Assembly (NCBI GenBank): GCA_965209055.1
Contig: OZ242374.1
Span: forward strand, 5,280,001-5,344,000
Source of the DNA: Acidobacteriota bacterium
Lineage (GTDB): Bacteria; Acidobacteriota; UBA6911; RPQK01; JAJDTT01
Length of the DNA: 64,000 bases
Direction of reading: 5' to 3'
Shown: piece after piece, positions 18,688 through 28,235 of the stretch
Numbering within the stretch: the first letter of the stretch is position 1
Layout: each line of letters starts with the position of its first letter
Notes under the pieces: model-generated
The model's input: only the letters and a program-made list of their open reading frames with translations
The model's database searches: none
Told to the model about the DNA's origin: nothing
Translations under genes and position numbers: made by a program

Positions 18688-21174
18688 TTAGTCCGTCGAT
18701 AGGTCCTGCAGGCGCGCGTTGATCTGGTGCAGGCCCTCCAGCCAGGTGGCTTGGTCTCCGCCCAGTGGATCGACGGTGTCGAACGTAAAGTCCCGATCCA
18801 GGAGCGATTCCAACGCATCCAGTTCGGTCTCGGTTCGCGCGACCAGGGGAGCCACGACGTCCCGGCCCTTTTTGTCCAGCGAAGCCGCCAGCGCCTCATG
18901 GTAGCGATTCAAAACCCTGGAGAAACCCCGTCCCACTCGCAGACATTTGCGCAGGTACTCGACGTCGGGGCGGGCATCGGCGCGGAGATCGGAGGTCCCG
19001 AGCACTTCGGACACAAGCGCGACCGCTTCGGTGTTGACTTCGTCGTAGGCCTGCCAGAGTTCCGCCCACCGTTTCTGCCATTCCACGGCGTCGATGCCCA
19101 GAAGCGTCGTCAGTTCCGTGGCGCGCGCCGACAATTCCGGGCCTCCTGATTCCTGGTCCATGGCCAGAATTCGCCAGAGGATCGAGAGGGGATACAGTCT
19201 CTCGGCCGCCACCGGGACCAGAAGATCGATTTCACTTCCGTAGACCTGATCCACCGTCCGGTCGTAGTGGGTGGCCATGATCGTGCGGCCGATCCCCTCC
19301 GGCACTTCCATCCGGCGCTGAGTCCGGTAGAAGTTGAAAATCCGGTGCATTTTCGCGCCCGCATCGTCGCCGTAGAGTTGTCGGAAGGCCTCGGCGAGAA
19401 AACCGGAGGAGCCGGTGATCTCCGGTGGCAGATTCCGATTGTTCATCAACGCCCGCCAAGTCGATCGGGTCTCCTCGTAGCGGGTCGGAATGACATGGCC
19501 GGGGGCATCGACGTTCCAACTGTACTCCGCATTGAAGAGCTGAAGCGGCTCCTGGAAGCCGGCCCCACTGAAGTTGTAGATCGTCTCGGCTCCCTTGAAA
19601 ATCCCGTTCATGGCCGCAGTCCCTGCAAAGGGATAGTTGAAGGAATCTCTTGAATAGAGATCGGCGCCGCCCAGAAAGAAGAGGAAGGTGCGGTTGTTCA
19701 GGCCTTGGCTTCCCAACCTTTGGCGATAGGCATCGAGCCAGCGCACATCGGTTCCCTGTTGAGGGAAGATCTCCCGGAAGCCGATCTCGAAATTCTCGTC
19801 GTCGGGAAGCAGCGACACCACGTTTTCCCAGAAGATCAGGTGGTTCTCCCAGTCGGTGGGCAGGGTCGGAAACGGGTTGTAACCGGGACTGAGGAACATG
19901 ACGGTGCAGTCGCGGGCGGCATCATAGCCCGAATCGGCGTTCTTGACGCTTCGAATGGCCCGCAGAAGCTCGCTGTAAGCATGAGCCACGCCTCCGGCCC
20001 CGCCGTCTTTGGTGAGGAGGCTGTCGTTGGGCCATTTCTTGCGGCAACGAAAACATCTCTTTTTCCAGGTGACCCAGAGTTCGTAGTTGGTCAGGTGATA
20101 GTCGATGTTGGGATCACCGATTCCGCGGTCTTCATGGTGGATGTAGAGTGCTCCCGGCTCTACGGAGCGGACAAAGTCGGCCATCTCGGCGGCTTTGAGC
20201 CGGTTCAGCTCATCGTTCCCGCGACAGGTTCCCACGATGCCACGCCCCGGACGGTTTTCTCCGAAGCAGGAATAGATGGTTCCGTCCGGATAGTGATCGC
20301 GGTTGTACCAGACCTTGCCCACATTGTGTTCGGGCCGGACGATACGGCCGTAGTTGGCGCCGTATCCGGCAAACAGGAGCTTGATGCCTCGCGCTCTGGC
20401 GTAGGCGTTCAACTCCCTCATCATTCTCGAGTAGCCGGGAAACTTCTCCCGGTTCCACCCGTACCCGTCGAAGAAAACCATGTTGATCTTGTAGCGAAGA
20501 CAGAAATCGATTTTCCTCTTGATGCGCTGGACATAGGCCTGCTTGCCGTCACCCCAGTCATAGGACCAGCGGTTGATTTCCGCCAACAGCAACCAATCGG
20601 CCGCGGCCCGATAGCGAAAATCCGGAAAATCACGAACAGAGCCGTTGGGGACCAGAACCGCGCTACCGGCCCGCTTCATGACCTGCTGGAGAGACGCGGC
20701 AGCATAGAGAACGCCCTGGGCGCTTCCACCGACGAGCCAGACCTGTGGCGGGTTTCCCGGAACCACCTTGAGCACGTACCCTTGTTCGGCCTTGGCAGGA
20801 TCGGAAAGCAGGTCTCGATCAGCCGGCTCAAGGACGGAATCGGCTTGAGTTTTCAAAGCGCCGTCACGACTCCAGTCCACCAGGTAGATCCCGCCCGGCA
20901 CCGGCTGAGGTGCGGCGCCCGCCAGAAATGTGGGCGGCGGGAAGACTCCACTTTCCCGGGAGCGGATCAGGTCGGCCGCCAGGCGTTCCTTTGCCGAAGC
21001 TCCTTCGGCCAGGACCAGTCGAGTCGAGTCCGATCCTTTCTCAAACCGAACTGTCTGTTGGTCCCAAGCCTGATGCTGGGGCGTGGGAATGATCCGGGGC
21101 GTTCCTTCCAAGGCCTGGCCGCTGATGACCAGGAGGATCGCGCTGAGCAGTCCGGACATACTCCATCGATTCAT
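18688..21174 (-). CDS. Secreted GH20/GH84-like paralog
   Basis: Signal peptide MNRWSMSGLL...; IIPTPQ, VRDFPDFRYR, ALYIHHED, NAEYSWN. Confidence 0.78.
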   Translation of the reverse strand: MNRWSMSGLLSAILLVISGQALEGTPRIIPTPQHQAWDQQTVRFEKGSDSTRLVLAEGASAKERLAADLIRSRESGVFPPPTFLAGAAPQPVPGGIYLVDWSRDGALKTQADSVLEPADRDLLSDPAKAEQGYVLKVVPGNPPQVWLVGGSAQGVLYAAASLQQVMKRAGSAVLVPNGSVRDFPDFRYRAAADWLLLAEINRWSYDWGDGKQAYVQRIKRKIDFCLRYKINMVFFDGYGWNREKFPGYSRMMRELNAYARARGIKLLFAGYGANYGRIVRPEHNVGKVWYNRDHYPDGTIYSCFGENRPGRGIVGTCRGNDELNRLKAAEMADFVRSVEPGALYIHHEDRGIGDPNIDYHLTNYELWVTWKKRCFRCRKKWPNDSLLTKDGGAGGVAHAYSELLRAIRSVKNADSGYDAARDCTVMFLSPGYNPFPTLPTDWENHLIFWENVVSLLPDDENFEIGFREIFPQQGTDVRWLDAYRQRLGSQGLNNRTFLFFLGGADLYSRDSFNYPFAGTAAMNGIFKGAETIYNFSGAGFQEPLQLFNAEYSWNVDAPGHVIPTRYEETRSTWRALMNNRNLPPEITGSSGFLAEAFRQLYGDDAGAKMHRIFNFYRTQRRMEVPEGIGRTIMATHYDRTVDQVYGSEIDLLVPVAAERLYPLSILWRILAMDQESGGPELSARATELTTLLGIDAVEWQKRWAELWQAYDEVNTEAVALVSEVLGTSDLRADARPDVEYLRKCLRVGRGFSRVLNRYHEALAASLDKKGRDVVAPLVARTETELDALESLLDRDFTFDTVDPLGGDQATWLEGLHQINARLQDLSTD

Positions 21175-21196
21175 GGGTGCACCGTGTTCCTTTCCT

Positions 21197-23650
21197 CTAA
21201 CGAAACTCGACGCCACGACGGGGCATCGACTGGGCCCACGCCAACAGGTTGCTTCTCAGTTCCTCCAGGGTCAGCGTCCAGCTCGACAGGTCGCCGCCTT
21301 TCGGATCCACCGTATCCAACGAAAAGGAGCCGTCGAGGTAAGTCCAAACCTGCTCGATCCCGGTGAGGATCTTCCTGATTTCCCCTTGTCCGTCCGGTCC
21401 CGTCACCCCATTGCCGATGGCGTCATGATAGGACGCCAGGAGATCTCCAAACCGGATCCCCACTTCCAGGCAGCGCTCCAGGTGGCGCAGATCCGGCACG
21501 GCGTCCTCCCTCACGTCGCCGGCACCGAGGGCTTCGGCCACCATTCCCTTCCCCTTTCGATTGACCTCGGCAAGCTGCCTCCAAAAGGCAGCGATCCTTC
21601 GTTGCAAGAGAGCGTAATCCTGCGAGGAATAAGTCCGCACTCGCCCCCTGATTCGGATTTCCGTGGCGGCATCCTCCGTGTCTTCCAGCGAGCGGCTTCC
21701 CGCCGACGCCGATCCCCAATAGGCGCTGTCGGCTTGAAAGAGCCGCCAGAAGACAGTGTTCGGATAGACCTTCCTGGGGTAGAAGGCGGGAATCTCATCG
21801 TCCCCGAGCGGTTCGAAGAAGTTGAAGAAACTCGCCATGAGCTTGCCCGTCTTCGCCCCGTAGATTCGAACGCACGCCTCTTCGAACAGTCCTCCGGAAC
21901 CGAACACTTCCTCGGGAAGTTCCTGGTTCGACCGGAGGCGGTTCCATGCAGCCAGAGTTGTCTCGAAAGTCTTCGGCCGCTGGTGGCCGGGAGCCTCGAC
22001 ATTCCAACTGAATTCGGCGTTGACGACCTGCAACGGTTCCTGGTGGACGCCTCCACTGAAATTGTAGATCGCTTCCGCGCCTTCAAAGATTCCGTTGATG
22101 ACCGGGGTCGCCGCATACGGATAGTTGAAGACTCCGCCGGAATATTGGTCGGCGCCCCCCAGGAAGAACATGAAGGATTTATCGCTCAATCCTCGGGAGG
22201 CCATTCTCTCCATGAACGCCGGAATCCACGGTTCACCCGTTCCCTGCCGGGGAAAAATCTCTCGAAAGCCGACCTCGACATTGCCCTGCGACGGCAGAAG
22301 CGATACGGCATTGGCCCAGAATTCGAGGGTTTTCTCCCAGTTGAGATCTTCATCGGTGTCGACGTCCGCCAGGCCGGACCGCCCGGAATCGATTCCATAA
22401 GGAGGCGAGATCAGAATGATGGTGCAATCGCGCGCCGCGTCGTAGCCGGTATCCGGGTTGCGCACTTGTTGGACGCTTTCGACGATCTGACCGTATCGAT
22501 AGGCCAGGGCTCCGGCGCCTCCGTCAATAGCGGCGAAATCGTCGTTGGGCCAGCGGCCCTTGCACCCCGGATCGCGGGCCTTCCATCGCTCCACGTTGCT
22601 CTTGTAGTGTCCCGTGTCCTCGTGATGGATGTACAGAGCCCCGGGTTCCACCGTGCGAACCAACTCGGTGATGGCTCCGGCGATCTGCCGGTTTTGCGCC
22701 TCGTTCGAGCGGCAGGTGCCCATCGTGGGGTGCAGCGGTGTTCGGAGTTCGCCGTAACACGCGTATGTAGGTCCGTTCGGGTAGCTTTTCCGATTCAGGA
22801 ATACCTTCCCGATGTTGTGCTCGGGCTCGACCTTGAGGGGGTCGAAGTTGGCGCCGAATCCGGCATAAACCAGCTTGATCCCCCGCTCACGGGCGTAGGA
22901 GTTCAGTTCCCGCATCATGGCGCCGTAGCCGGGCGTCTTTTCGGCCGTCCACCCGAAGCCGTCAAAGAAAACCATGTTGATCTTGAAGCGCACACAGAAA
23001 TCGAGCTTTCGCTTGATCCGCTCCATGTACGCTTTCCTGCCGTCTCCCCAGTCGTAGCCCCAGCGGTTGAGCTCGGCGCGCATGAGCCAGTCCGCCGCGG
23101 CCCGGTACTTGAAGTCCGGGTAATCCCTCACTTCCACTTCAGGGACGGCGAGCTCCCCGTCCTCCACCGACCAAAGCTGCACGAGAGTCGTCGCCGCGTA
23201 GAGCACACCCAAGGGAGCGGACCCGAACAGAAGTATCCGTTGGCCTTGAAGATCCGTCTTGACCACATAAGCCTGGCCGGTCTCTTGGGGATCGTTCAGC
23301 ACCTTCCGGTCGGCGTCGGACAGGAGTCTCAGCAACTCATAGGTTCGGTTTTCCGTTCGGCTCCAGTCCACCAGCAATATGCAGGGCGTTTCGGAACATT
23401 CCGCCGCCATCTGCAGCCGAACTCCACCGGCGCCGGCCTCCTTGCGAAGAAACTCTTCCGCAAGCTCACCCATTCGGCTACTCGACGGGCGAGCCACGAC
23501 CCAACCGCCGGACCCTCCTGCACCGCTCTTCAGTATCCCGGACCCGGCTTCCAGGGCTTGAGGCATGGGAATCACGCGGGGCGTGGCCCAAAGCGCAGGG
23601 ACCGGGAGCAAAAACGAGAGGACGATCAAACTCCTTCTGACGGAACACAT
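21197..23650 (-). CDS. Secreted GH20/GH84-like paralog
   Basis: Signal peptide MCSVRRSLIVL...; VIPMPQ, VRDYPDFKYR, ALYIHHED, NAEFSWN. Confidence 0.78.
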   Translation of the reverse strand: MCSVRRSLIVLSFLLPVPALWATPRVIPMPQALEAGSGILKSGAGGSGGWVVARPSSSRMGELAEEFLRKEAGAGGVRLQMAAECSETPCILLVDWSRTENRTYELLRLLSDADRKVLNDPQETGQAYVVKTDLQGQRILLFGSAPLGVLYAATTLVQLWSVEDGELAVPEVEVRDYPDFKYRAAADWLMRAELNRWGYDWGDGRKAYMERIKRKLDFCVRFKINMVFFDGFGWTAEKTPGYGAMMRELNSYARERGIKLVYAGFGANFDPLKVEPEHNIGKVFLNRKSYPNGPTYACYGELRTPLHPTMGTCRSNEAQNRQIAGAITELVRTVEPGALYIHHEDTGHYKSNVERWKARDPGCKGRWPNDDFAAIDGGAGALAYRYGQIVESVQQVRNPDTGYDAARDCTIILISPPYGIDSGRSGLADVDTDEDLNWEKTLEFWANAVSLLPSQGNVEVGFREIFPRQGTGEPWIPAFMERMASRGLSDKSFMFFLGGADQYSGGVFNYPYAATPVINGIFEGAEAIYNFSGGVHQEPLQVVNAEFSWNVEAPGHQRPKTFETTLAAWNRLRSNQELPEEVFGSGGLFEEACVRIYGAKTGKLMASFFNFFEPLGDDEIPAFYPRKVYPNTVFWRLFQADSAYWGSASAGSRSLEDTEDAATEIRIRGRVRTYSSQDYALLQRRIAAFWRQLAEVNRKGKGMVAEALGAGDVREDAVPDLRHLERCLEVGIRFGDLLASYHDAIGNGVTGPDGQGEIRKILTGIEQVWTYLDGSFSLDTVDPKGGDLSSWTLTLEELRSNLLAWAQSMPRRGVEFR

Positions 23651-23775
23651 GAATCTATTCTCTCCTCTGAAGGGCTGCGACCGCAGAGAGGGGGGCGGGA
23701 ACACCCCTTATTCTCGAGTTTCGGGACCACACCCTGGACTCCACGGAAGTCAGGCCCACAAGCCAGCGTCGTGAA

Positions 23776-23811
23776 GTGGACTTCACCTGGTCCCCGGTCT
23801 ATCTTGGTGAA
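23776..23811 (+). promoter_or_regulatory. Conserved sigma70-type promoter, copy 3
   Basis: TGGACT-N17-TATCTT upstream of the phosphotriesterase-family gene. Confidence 0.7.
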
Positions 23812-23854
23812 CGATCTTGTCGACTTGGATGCAGGTTAGGGAGCGGGTGAGTTG

Positions 23855-24823
23855 ATGTCAAGCCAGGGCGAAATCGTGACCGTCTTGGGCCCAATTCCCC
23901 AGGAGGACGCCGGGTTTACCCTCTGTCACGAACACCTGATCTGCGACCTCTGGCCCTTGTTCCCCAGCTACAACAACATCCTGGATGAGGAGAGGCTGGC
24001 GGTACGGGAATTGTCCGAATTCAAGAAGGCGGACGGCCGCACGCTGGTGGATTGCACCAGCATCGGACTGGGCCGGGAACCAGAAACCCTGAGGCGCATC
24101 TCCCGGTCGACCGGCGTCAACATCGTGATGGGGACGGGCTGGTACCGGGAGGAGGTCTATCCGCCGGAGATTCGCGAGAAGTCCACGGACCAACTGGCGG
24201 ATCTGATGGTCCAGGAACTCCGGGAAGGGGTCGGCGATAGTGGAATACGGGCCGGATTCATCGGAGAGATCGGAACGGAACGTTATTCCATCACACCGGC
24301 CCAGGAGAAGGTGTTTCGAGCTGCAGCTCGAGCACAGAAGAGAACCGGCGTCAGCATCTGGACTCACACCACTCATTTCGGCGAGTTGGCTCTCGAGCAG
24401 ATCGATCTCCTGGAAGAGGAGGGCGTGACCAGCGATCGTATCGTCATCAGTCATTTGGGAGATCGTCCCGTACCGGATCGATTCCTGGCCATCGGCGAAA
24501 GGGGGGTGTTCCTGGGAATCGACAACATCGGATACGTGGGCGACGGTTATCCTCACGACAACGTCCGCGTCGCCAATATCCGGGCCTTGATTTCGGCGGG
24601 ACATCTGAACCAGATCATGCTCTCGCTGGACATTTGCATGAAGGGCCATCTCCTGGCCTACGGAGGCAAGGGATACGCCTATTTGCAAAGAGAATTCCTG
24701 CCCCGGTTGAAGCGCGCGGGGGTGACGGATGAACAGATTCGATGCATGACCGTGATCAACCCCGGACGTGCCCTGGTAGTGAGGGACTCCCCCCACCGGC
24801 CCGGTCCGGCGGACGCCCGGTAG
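23855..24823 (+). CDS. Phosphotriesterase-family (PTE-like lactonase) amidohydrolase
   Basis: TVLGPI, HEH, GFIGEIG, THT, ISH, LSLD, NP motifs. Confidence 0.9.
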   Translation: MSSQGEIVTVLGPIPQEDAGFTLCHEHLICDLWPLFPSYNNILDEERLAVRELSEFKKADGRTLVDCTSIGLGREPETLRRISRSTGVNIVMGTGWYREEVYPPEIREKSTDQLADLMVQELREGVGDSGIRAGFIGEIGTERYSITPAQEKVFRAAARAQKRTGVSIWTHTTHFGELALEQIDLLEEEGVTSDRIVISHLGDRPVPDRFLAIGERGVFLGIDNIGYVGDGYPHDNVRVANIRALISAGHLNQIMLSLDICMKGHLLAYGGKGYAYLQREFLPRLKRAGVTDEQIRCMTVINPGRALVVRDSPHRPGPADAR

Positions 24824-24850
24824 AAAAAGTTGGGAGCGGGAGCGGGGGCT

Positions 24851-24922
24851 GGGGCGGCGGTTTCCTAACCGCCGAACTCCGGTGTAGCAAAGTGGCGACG
24901 GAAGAACGGGCGATTGGAAATC
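24851..24922 (+). repeat. REP doublet truncated at the left att site (core GATTGGAAATC 24912-24922)
   Basis: Hairpin GGCGGTTTCCTAACCGCC; the second hairpin is cut and continues at 44562. Confidence 0.85.
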
Positions 24923-24997
24923 CGTTACCCTATCCAGATGAGTTATGGGATATATCCCTATTTATCAACAGGTTATCCCAATTCTCCCCTGTGATCA

Positions 24998-27992
24998 CTA
25001 CCCCTTGTTTTCTACCCGTTGCCTGTTTGTTGCCTGTTGCGTTTGTGAGTCTTCGTTAGCCTGTGCCTCTCGAATGCTGGCAAGAGCATGCGAACTGACG
25101 TACCCCGCATACCGCATGGTCGTGCTGATCGCCGAGTGGCCCATCAGCTTCTGCACCGTCCTCACGTCCACACCCTGCATCAGCCAGTGGCTGCAACGGA
25201 ATCGCCGCAGGTCGTGAAATCCGACCTTCAACCCCACCCGCTCGGCGGCTCGTCGCAGTGGCTTGTCCGGATTCACCCATCTCGTCCCGGTCCCGCTGTT
25301 GACAAAGACGTATGAGGTGTTCAGGTACCGTGGGAGCCCTGCCAGATATCCGGTGGCGTACTTCGACAGCGGGATCTCCCTTGTCTCGTCGTTCTTGGTG
25401 AATTCCACCCATAGCAGCCTCCGGGATAGGTCCACCCGTTTCCAGGTGAGCCACAACGCTTCTCCCTTTCGTATCCCCGTCTCGCCGATCACTGCGATCA
25501 TGGCTTGCAGGTAAGGGTTGTCTATCGCCTTGACTAGGTCGCGGAACTGTGGAACCGTCAAGGGCCGGAAGACCTTCTTCGGCTCCTTCAGATTGGGGAA
25601 CCGAATCAGCGGGTGCGTGTCCACTTCCCCGCACTCCAGCGCATAGGAAAACAGCTTGCTGATGGCGGCGATGGCGCGGTTCACCGTGGCGGGTTTGACC
25701 TGTTTCTTCCTCTGAGCGACGTAGCGGTGCAGGTCTTTGCGTTGGAACTCTTTCAAGGGTATGTTCCCCAGCATGGCATTGAGGCTCTTGAACGAACCCT
25801 CATAGCTCCGCCAGGAGCGCATGCGAGGTTTGCAGTACTCCTCGAGAAAACGCTCGTAGAAGCTCCGGACCGTCCAGATCGTGCGTTTCCCACCGGCGAG
25901 CTCTTGCTTGAGCTGCTTCCAGGTGCCGTCCAGGATGCTCGACTCGATTCGTGTTTGAAGCGCCTGTGCGCTCCGGTAATTGGGGGCGTACATTCGGAGC
26001 CGACCGGATCCGTTCGGCCAGTACTTGCTGACGACGTACCGTCGTCTCCCCCGGCGATCCTTCACCTTATGTCGCGGTAGGAACGGCGGTTTCCCTCCGC
26101 CCCCCGCACAGATCCGTGCGTGCCCGTTAGGGCACACGGCTCCTGCCTTGGGTCGTTACGGTGAGCCGTTCGCTCGGCCACGGGTGGCGAATCGTCACCG
26201 ACGGCCAGAGAAGCTTGGCCATCTTTCGGAGCCGTCTCCACGTGAAGCGCGCTCGCTGCGACCGGCGGCGCAACACCCGCATCCACTGCTCTCGCAGCCG
26301 ATATCGAAAGCCTTGCAGCCATCGTCCACTTCCGGGGACCGCAAAGTAGTTGAGCCAGCCGTTCAATACGCGGCCCAACCATTTCCCGACCTCCCAGATG
26401 TCGTCGTGCCGGCGTCTTCGCAGCCTCTCCCCCACCCGTTTCAGGGTTCGTTGCATCCGCTTCGCACTCGGTTTCCGCCCCAGCCGGAACCGCCCCTTCC
26501 GGGTCTTCGCACAGTAGTGCGTGAAGCCCAGGAAATCGAACGTTTCCGGTTTCCGCGCCCCGCGTCGCCGCCGATCCGCTGCCGCAAATCGCCCGAACTC
26601 CACCAGTCGCGTCTTTTCCGGGTGCAGTTCCAGTCCGAACTCGGCGCACCGTTCCCCCAGGTCTCGGAGAAACCGCTCCGCGTCTGCCCGCTTCTCGAAT
26701 CCGGCCACGAAGTCGTCCGCATACCGCACCAGGATCGCCTCGCCTTTCGGGACTCGTGGACGCCATTTCCGATGGAACCACTGGTCCAGCACGTAGTGCA
26801 GGTACACATTTGCCAGCACCGGGGAGACGATGGAGCCCTGAGGCGTCCCTTTCCCCGTGTCCGACCGGGTCCCTTCTTCCATCACTCCCGCGTTCAGCCA
26901 CTTGGTCAGGAGCCGCAACACCCGCCGGTCCCCGATCCGATGTTCCACGAACCGGATCATCCAGTCCCGGTCGATCGCATCGAAAAACGTTCGGATGTCC
27001 GCGTCCACGATCCAATTGACTTTCCGCCGTTCGATCCCGTAGGCCAGGGCATCCAGCGCGTCATGCGCCTTCCGTCCGGGCCGGAACCCGTAGCTGAGCC
27101 CGAGAAACTCCGCCTCATAGATCGGCGTCAGGAGCTCGTCCACCACGGCCTTCTGGAGGATCTTGTCCTCCAGTGCCGCGATCCCGAGCGGTCGTGTCCG
27201 TCCGTCCGGCTTGGGGATTCTCACCCGCCGGACGGGAGGCGCCCGGTACGCGCCCCGGTGCACGCGGCGATGCAGGTCCAGCAGTCGCTCTTCCAGCTTC
27301 GCCCCGTACTCCTCCCACCGCACTCCGTCGATTCCCGGGGCCGCATCCTTCCTCAGTCCGAGGTAGGCGCGGCGCAAGGCCTCCACGGTGATATGGTGCA
27401 ACAGCGCGGTCAGTCGCTCCTTGGGGTTTCTCGCTATGGCTCGCCGTATCCGGTCCGCCGCTTGGGACACGCTCCCCCGACTCTGCGTCCGGCGCGTGCT
27501 TTGGCACACCGAATTCCCCTTGGCTTCATCCCTTCGCTCCACCGGCTCCGCCGAGGGTTCCCCCTCTTTGTTCGCCCGCTTCATCGCTACTATGGATGAA
27601 TCCGACTGCTTCGTTTCGTCCATCATGAGGTTCGGTTTGCTCCTTTCTCATGCGGCCCTGGCTCGACCACCGGAGCGAAATGAAGCCCTCCCAGGTCCCG
27701 ACACAAGACGTACGTGCGTGCTTGGGTTCCTAGACACCGCGGTGTCCGTCTGTCCCTCACCTTCCCGGTCCAGCCGGTGTTGCCTTCGACCGCATCCACA
27801 GCCTCGGCACTTCCGTTCCTGCATGTTTCGATGCTCAATAGCCCCGCCCACACGCGCCGCTGCCGACGCTTCGCCGACACCCTCACGGGTGCCAACGCAC
27901 GGCTCGCGGAGAAACGTGGATGGTTAGTCCTTCGTTTCAGCGGACTTTCACCGCTTGTCTTGTGCCAGTTAGCCTGGCGCACAGATGCCCAT
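24998..27992 (-). CDS. int: Tyrosine integrase, spliced: exon 1 27992-27983, exon 2 26070-24998 (360 aa)
   Basis: GGAGGAG RBS then ATGGGCATCT|ATAAGGTG = MGIYKVKDRRG...; catalytic R (TGIRKGE), K (TKN), HDLRR, GHS, Y (MRYA) all present. Confidence 0.9.
25020..25038 (+). promoter_or_regulatory. Integrase arm-type binding site (left)
   Basis: TGCCTGTTTGTTGCCTGTT (tandem TGCCTGTT), identical to 44426-44444. Confidence 0.75.
26071..27982 (-). mobile_element. Group II intron (1912 nt, probably bacterial class E/F)
   Basis: 5' GTGCG at 27982; domain V GAGCCGTGTGCCCTAACGGGCACGCACGGATC (26142-26111); domain VI ending CCTACCGCGAC; RT ORF inside. Confidence 0.93.
26127..27626 (-). CDS. ltrA: Group II intron reverse transcriptase/maturase (no endonuclease domain seen)
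   Basis: RPLGI, SYGFRPGR, GTPQG, YADD, FDFLGF, domain X GWLNYF; no HNH tail. Confidence 0.93.
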   Translation of the reverse strand: MMDETKQSDSSIVAMKRANKEGEPSAEPVERRDEAKGNSVCQSTRRTQSRGSVSQAADRIRRAIARNPKERLTALLHHITVEALRRAYLGLRKDAAPGIDGVRWEEYGAKLEERLLDLHRRVHRGAYRAPPVRRVRIPKPDGRTRPLGIAALEDKILQKAVVDELLTPIYEAEFLGLSYGFRPGRKAHDALDALAYGIERRKVNWIVDADIRTFFDAIDRDWMIRFVEHRIGDRRVLRLLTKWLNAGVMEEGTRSDTGKGTPQGSIVSPVLANVYLHYVLDQWFHRKWRPRVPKGEAILVRYADDFVAGFEKRADAERFLRDLGERCAEFGLELHPEKTRLVEFGRFAAADRRRRGARKPETFDFLGFTHYCAKTRKGRFRLGRKPSAKRMQRTLKRVGERLRRRRHDDIWEVGKWLGRVLNGWLNYFAVPGSGRWLQGFRYRLREQWMRVLRRRSQRARFTWRRLRKMAKLLWPSVTIRHPWPSERLTVTTQGRSRVP

Positions 27993-28090
27993 GCATCTCC
28001 TCCTTTCTGGATCCGGGTTCTTCGCCGTGGCGCGAATCCTACCACGGCTCCAGAGAATCCGCGTAGGCGTTTAGGTCCTCCAGGTCGGAG
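27983..28090 (-). pseudogene. C-terminal remnant of an excisionase-like HTH gene overlapping the int start
   Basis: DLEDLNAYADSLEP...GGDAWAS; would end IR* after intron removal; N-terminus missing. Confidence 0.45.
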
Positions 28091-28139
28091 TCCCGGCGGC
28101 GTCTACCGCTAATTTCGGGTGAACCCCTCCAAGGCGGGT

Positions 28140-28235
28140 GACAAAACAGTCGTCGATGACTTTCGCAAAAAGTCACTGCGCGAGTTGAAGAACATCGAGG
28201 AGGCTTGGCCGGAACCCAACTACGGGCTGACTTGG
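28140..28235 (+). pseudogene. Plasmid RepA C-terminal-like fragment
   Basis: DDFRKKSLRELKNIEEAWPEPNY resembles RepA_C-family termini (from recall, not searched). Confidence 0.4.

Noticed and set aside
19705-23839. Long + strand ORFs (553 aa, 918 aa)
   Set aside because: Antisense shadows of the GH-like genes in GC-rich DNA, with no recognisable motifs. Same for 5247-6524, 25980-27599, 52898-54055 and 60655-62013.
12557-24922. Palindromic repeats as a CRISPR array
   Set aside because: Dispersed, no regular repeat-spacer period, no cas genes.
24880-24960. tRNA or tmRNA at the integration site
   Set aside because: No cloverleaf, TTCGA loop or CCA end at either junction.
26071-26137. Integrase N-terminus MCPNGHARIC...
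   Set aside because: This is translation of intron domains V/VI; the RBS-supported start is at 27992.
26127-27626. RT as a retron, DGR or defence RT
   Set aside because: It has domain X and lies within clear group II intron boundaries with DV/DVI.
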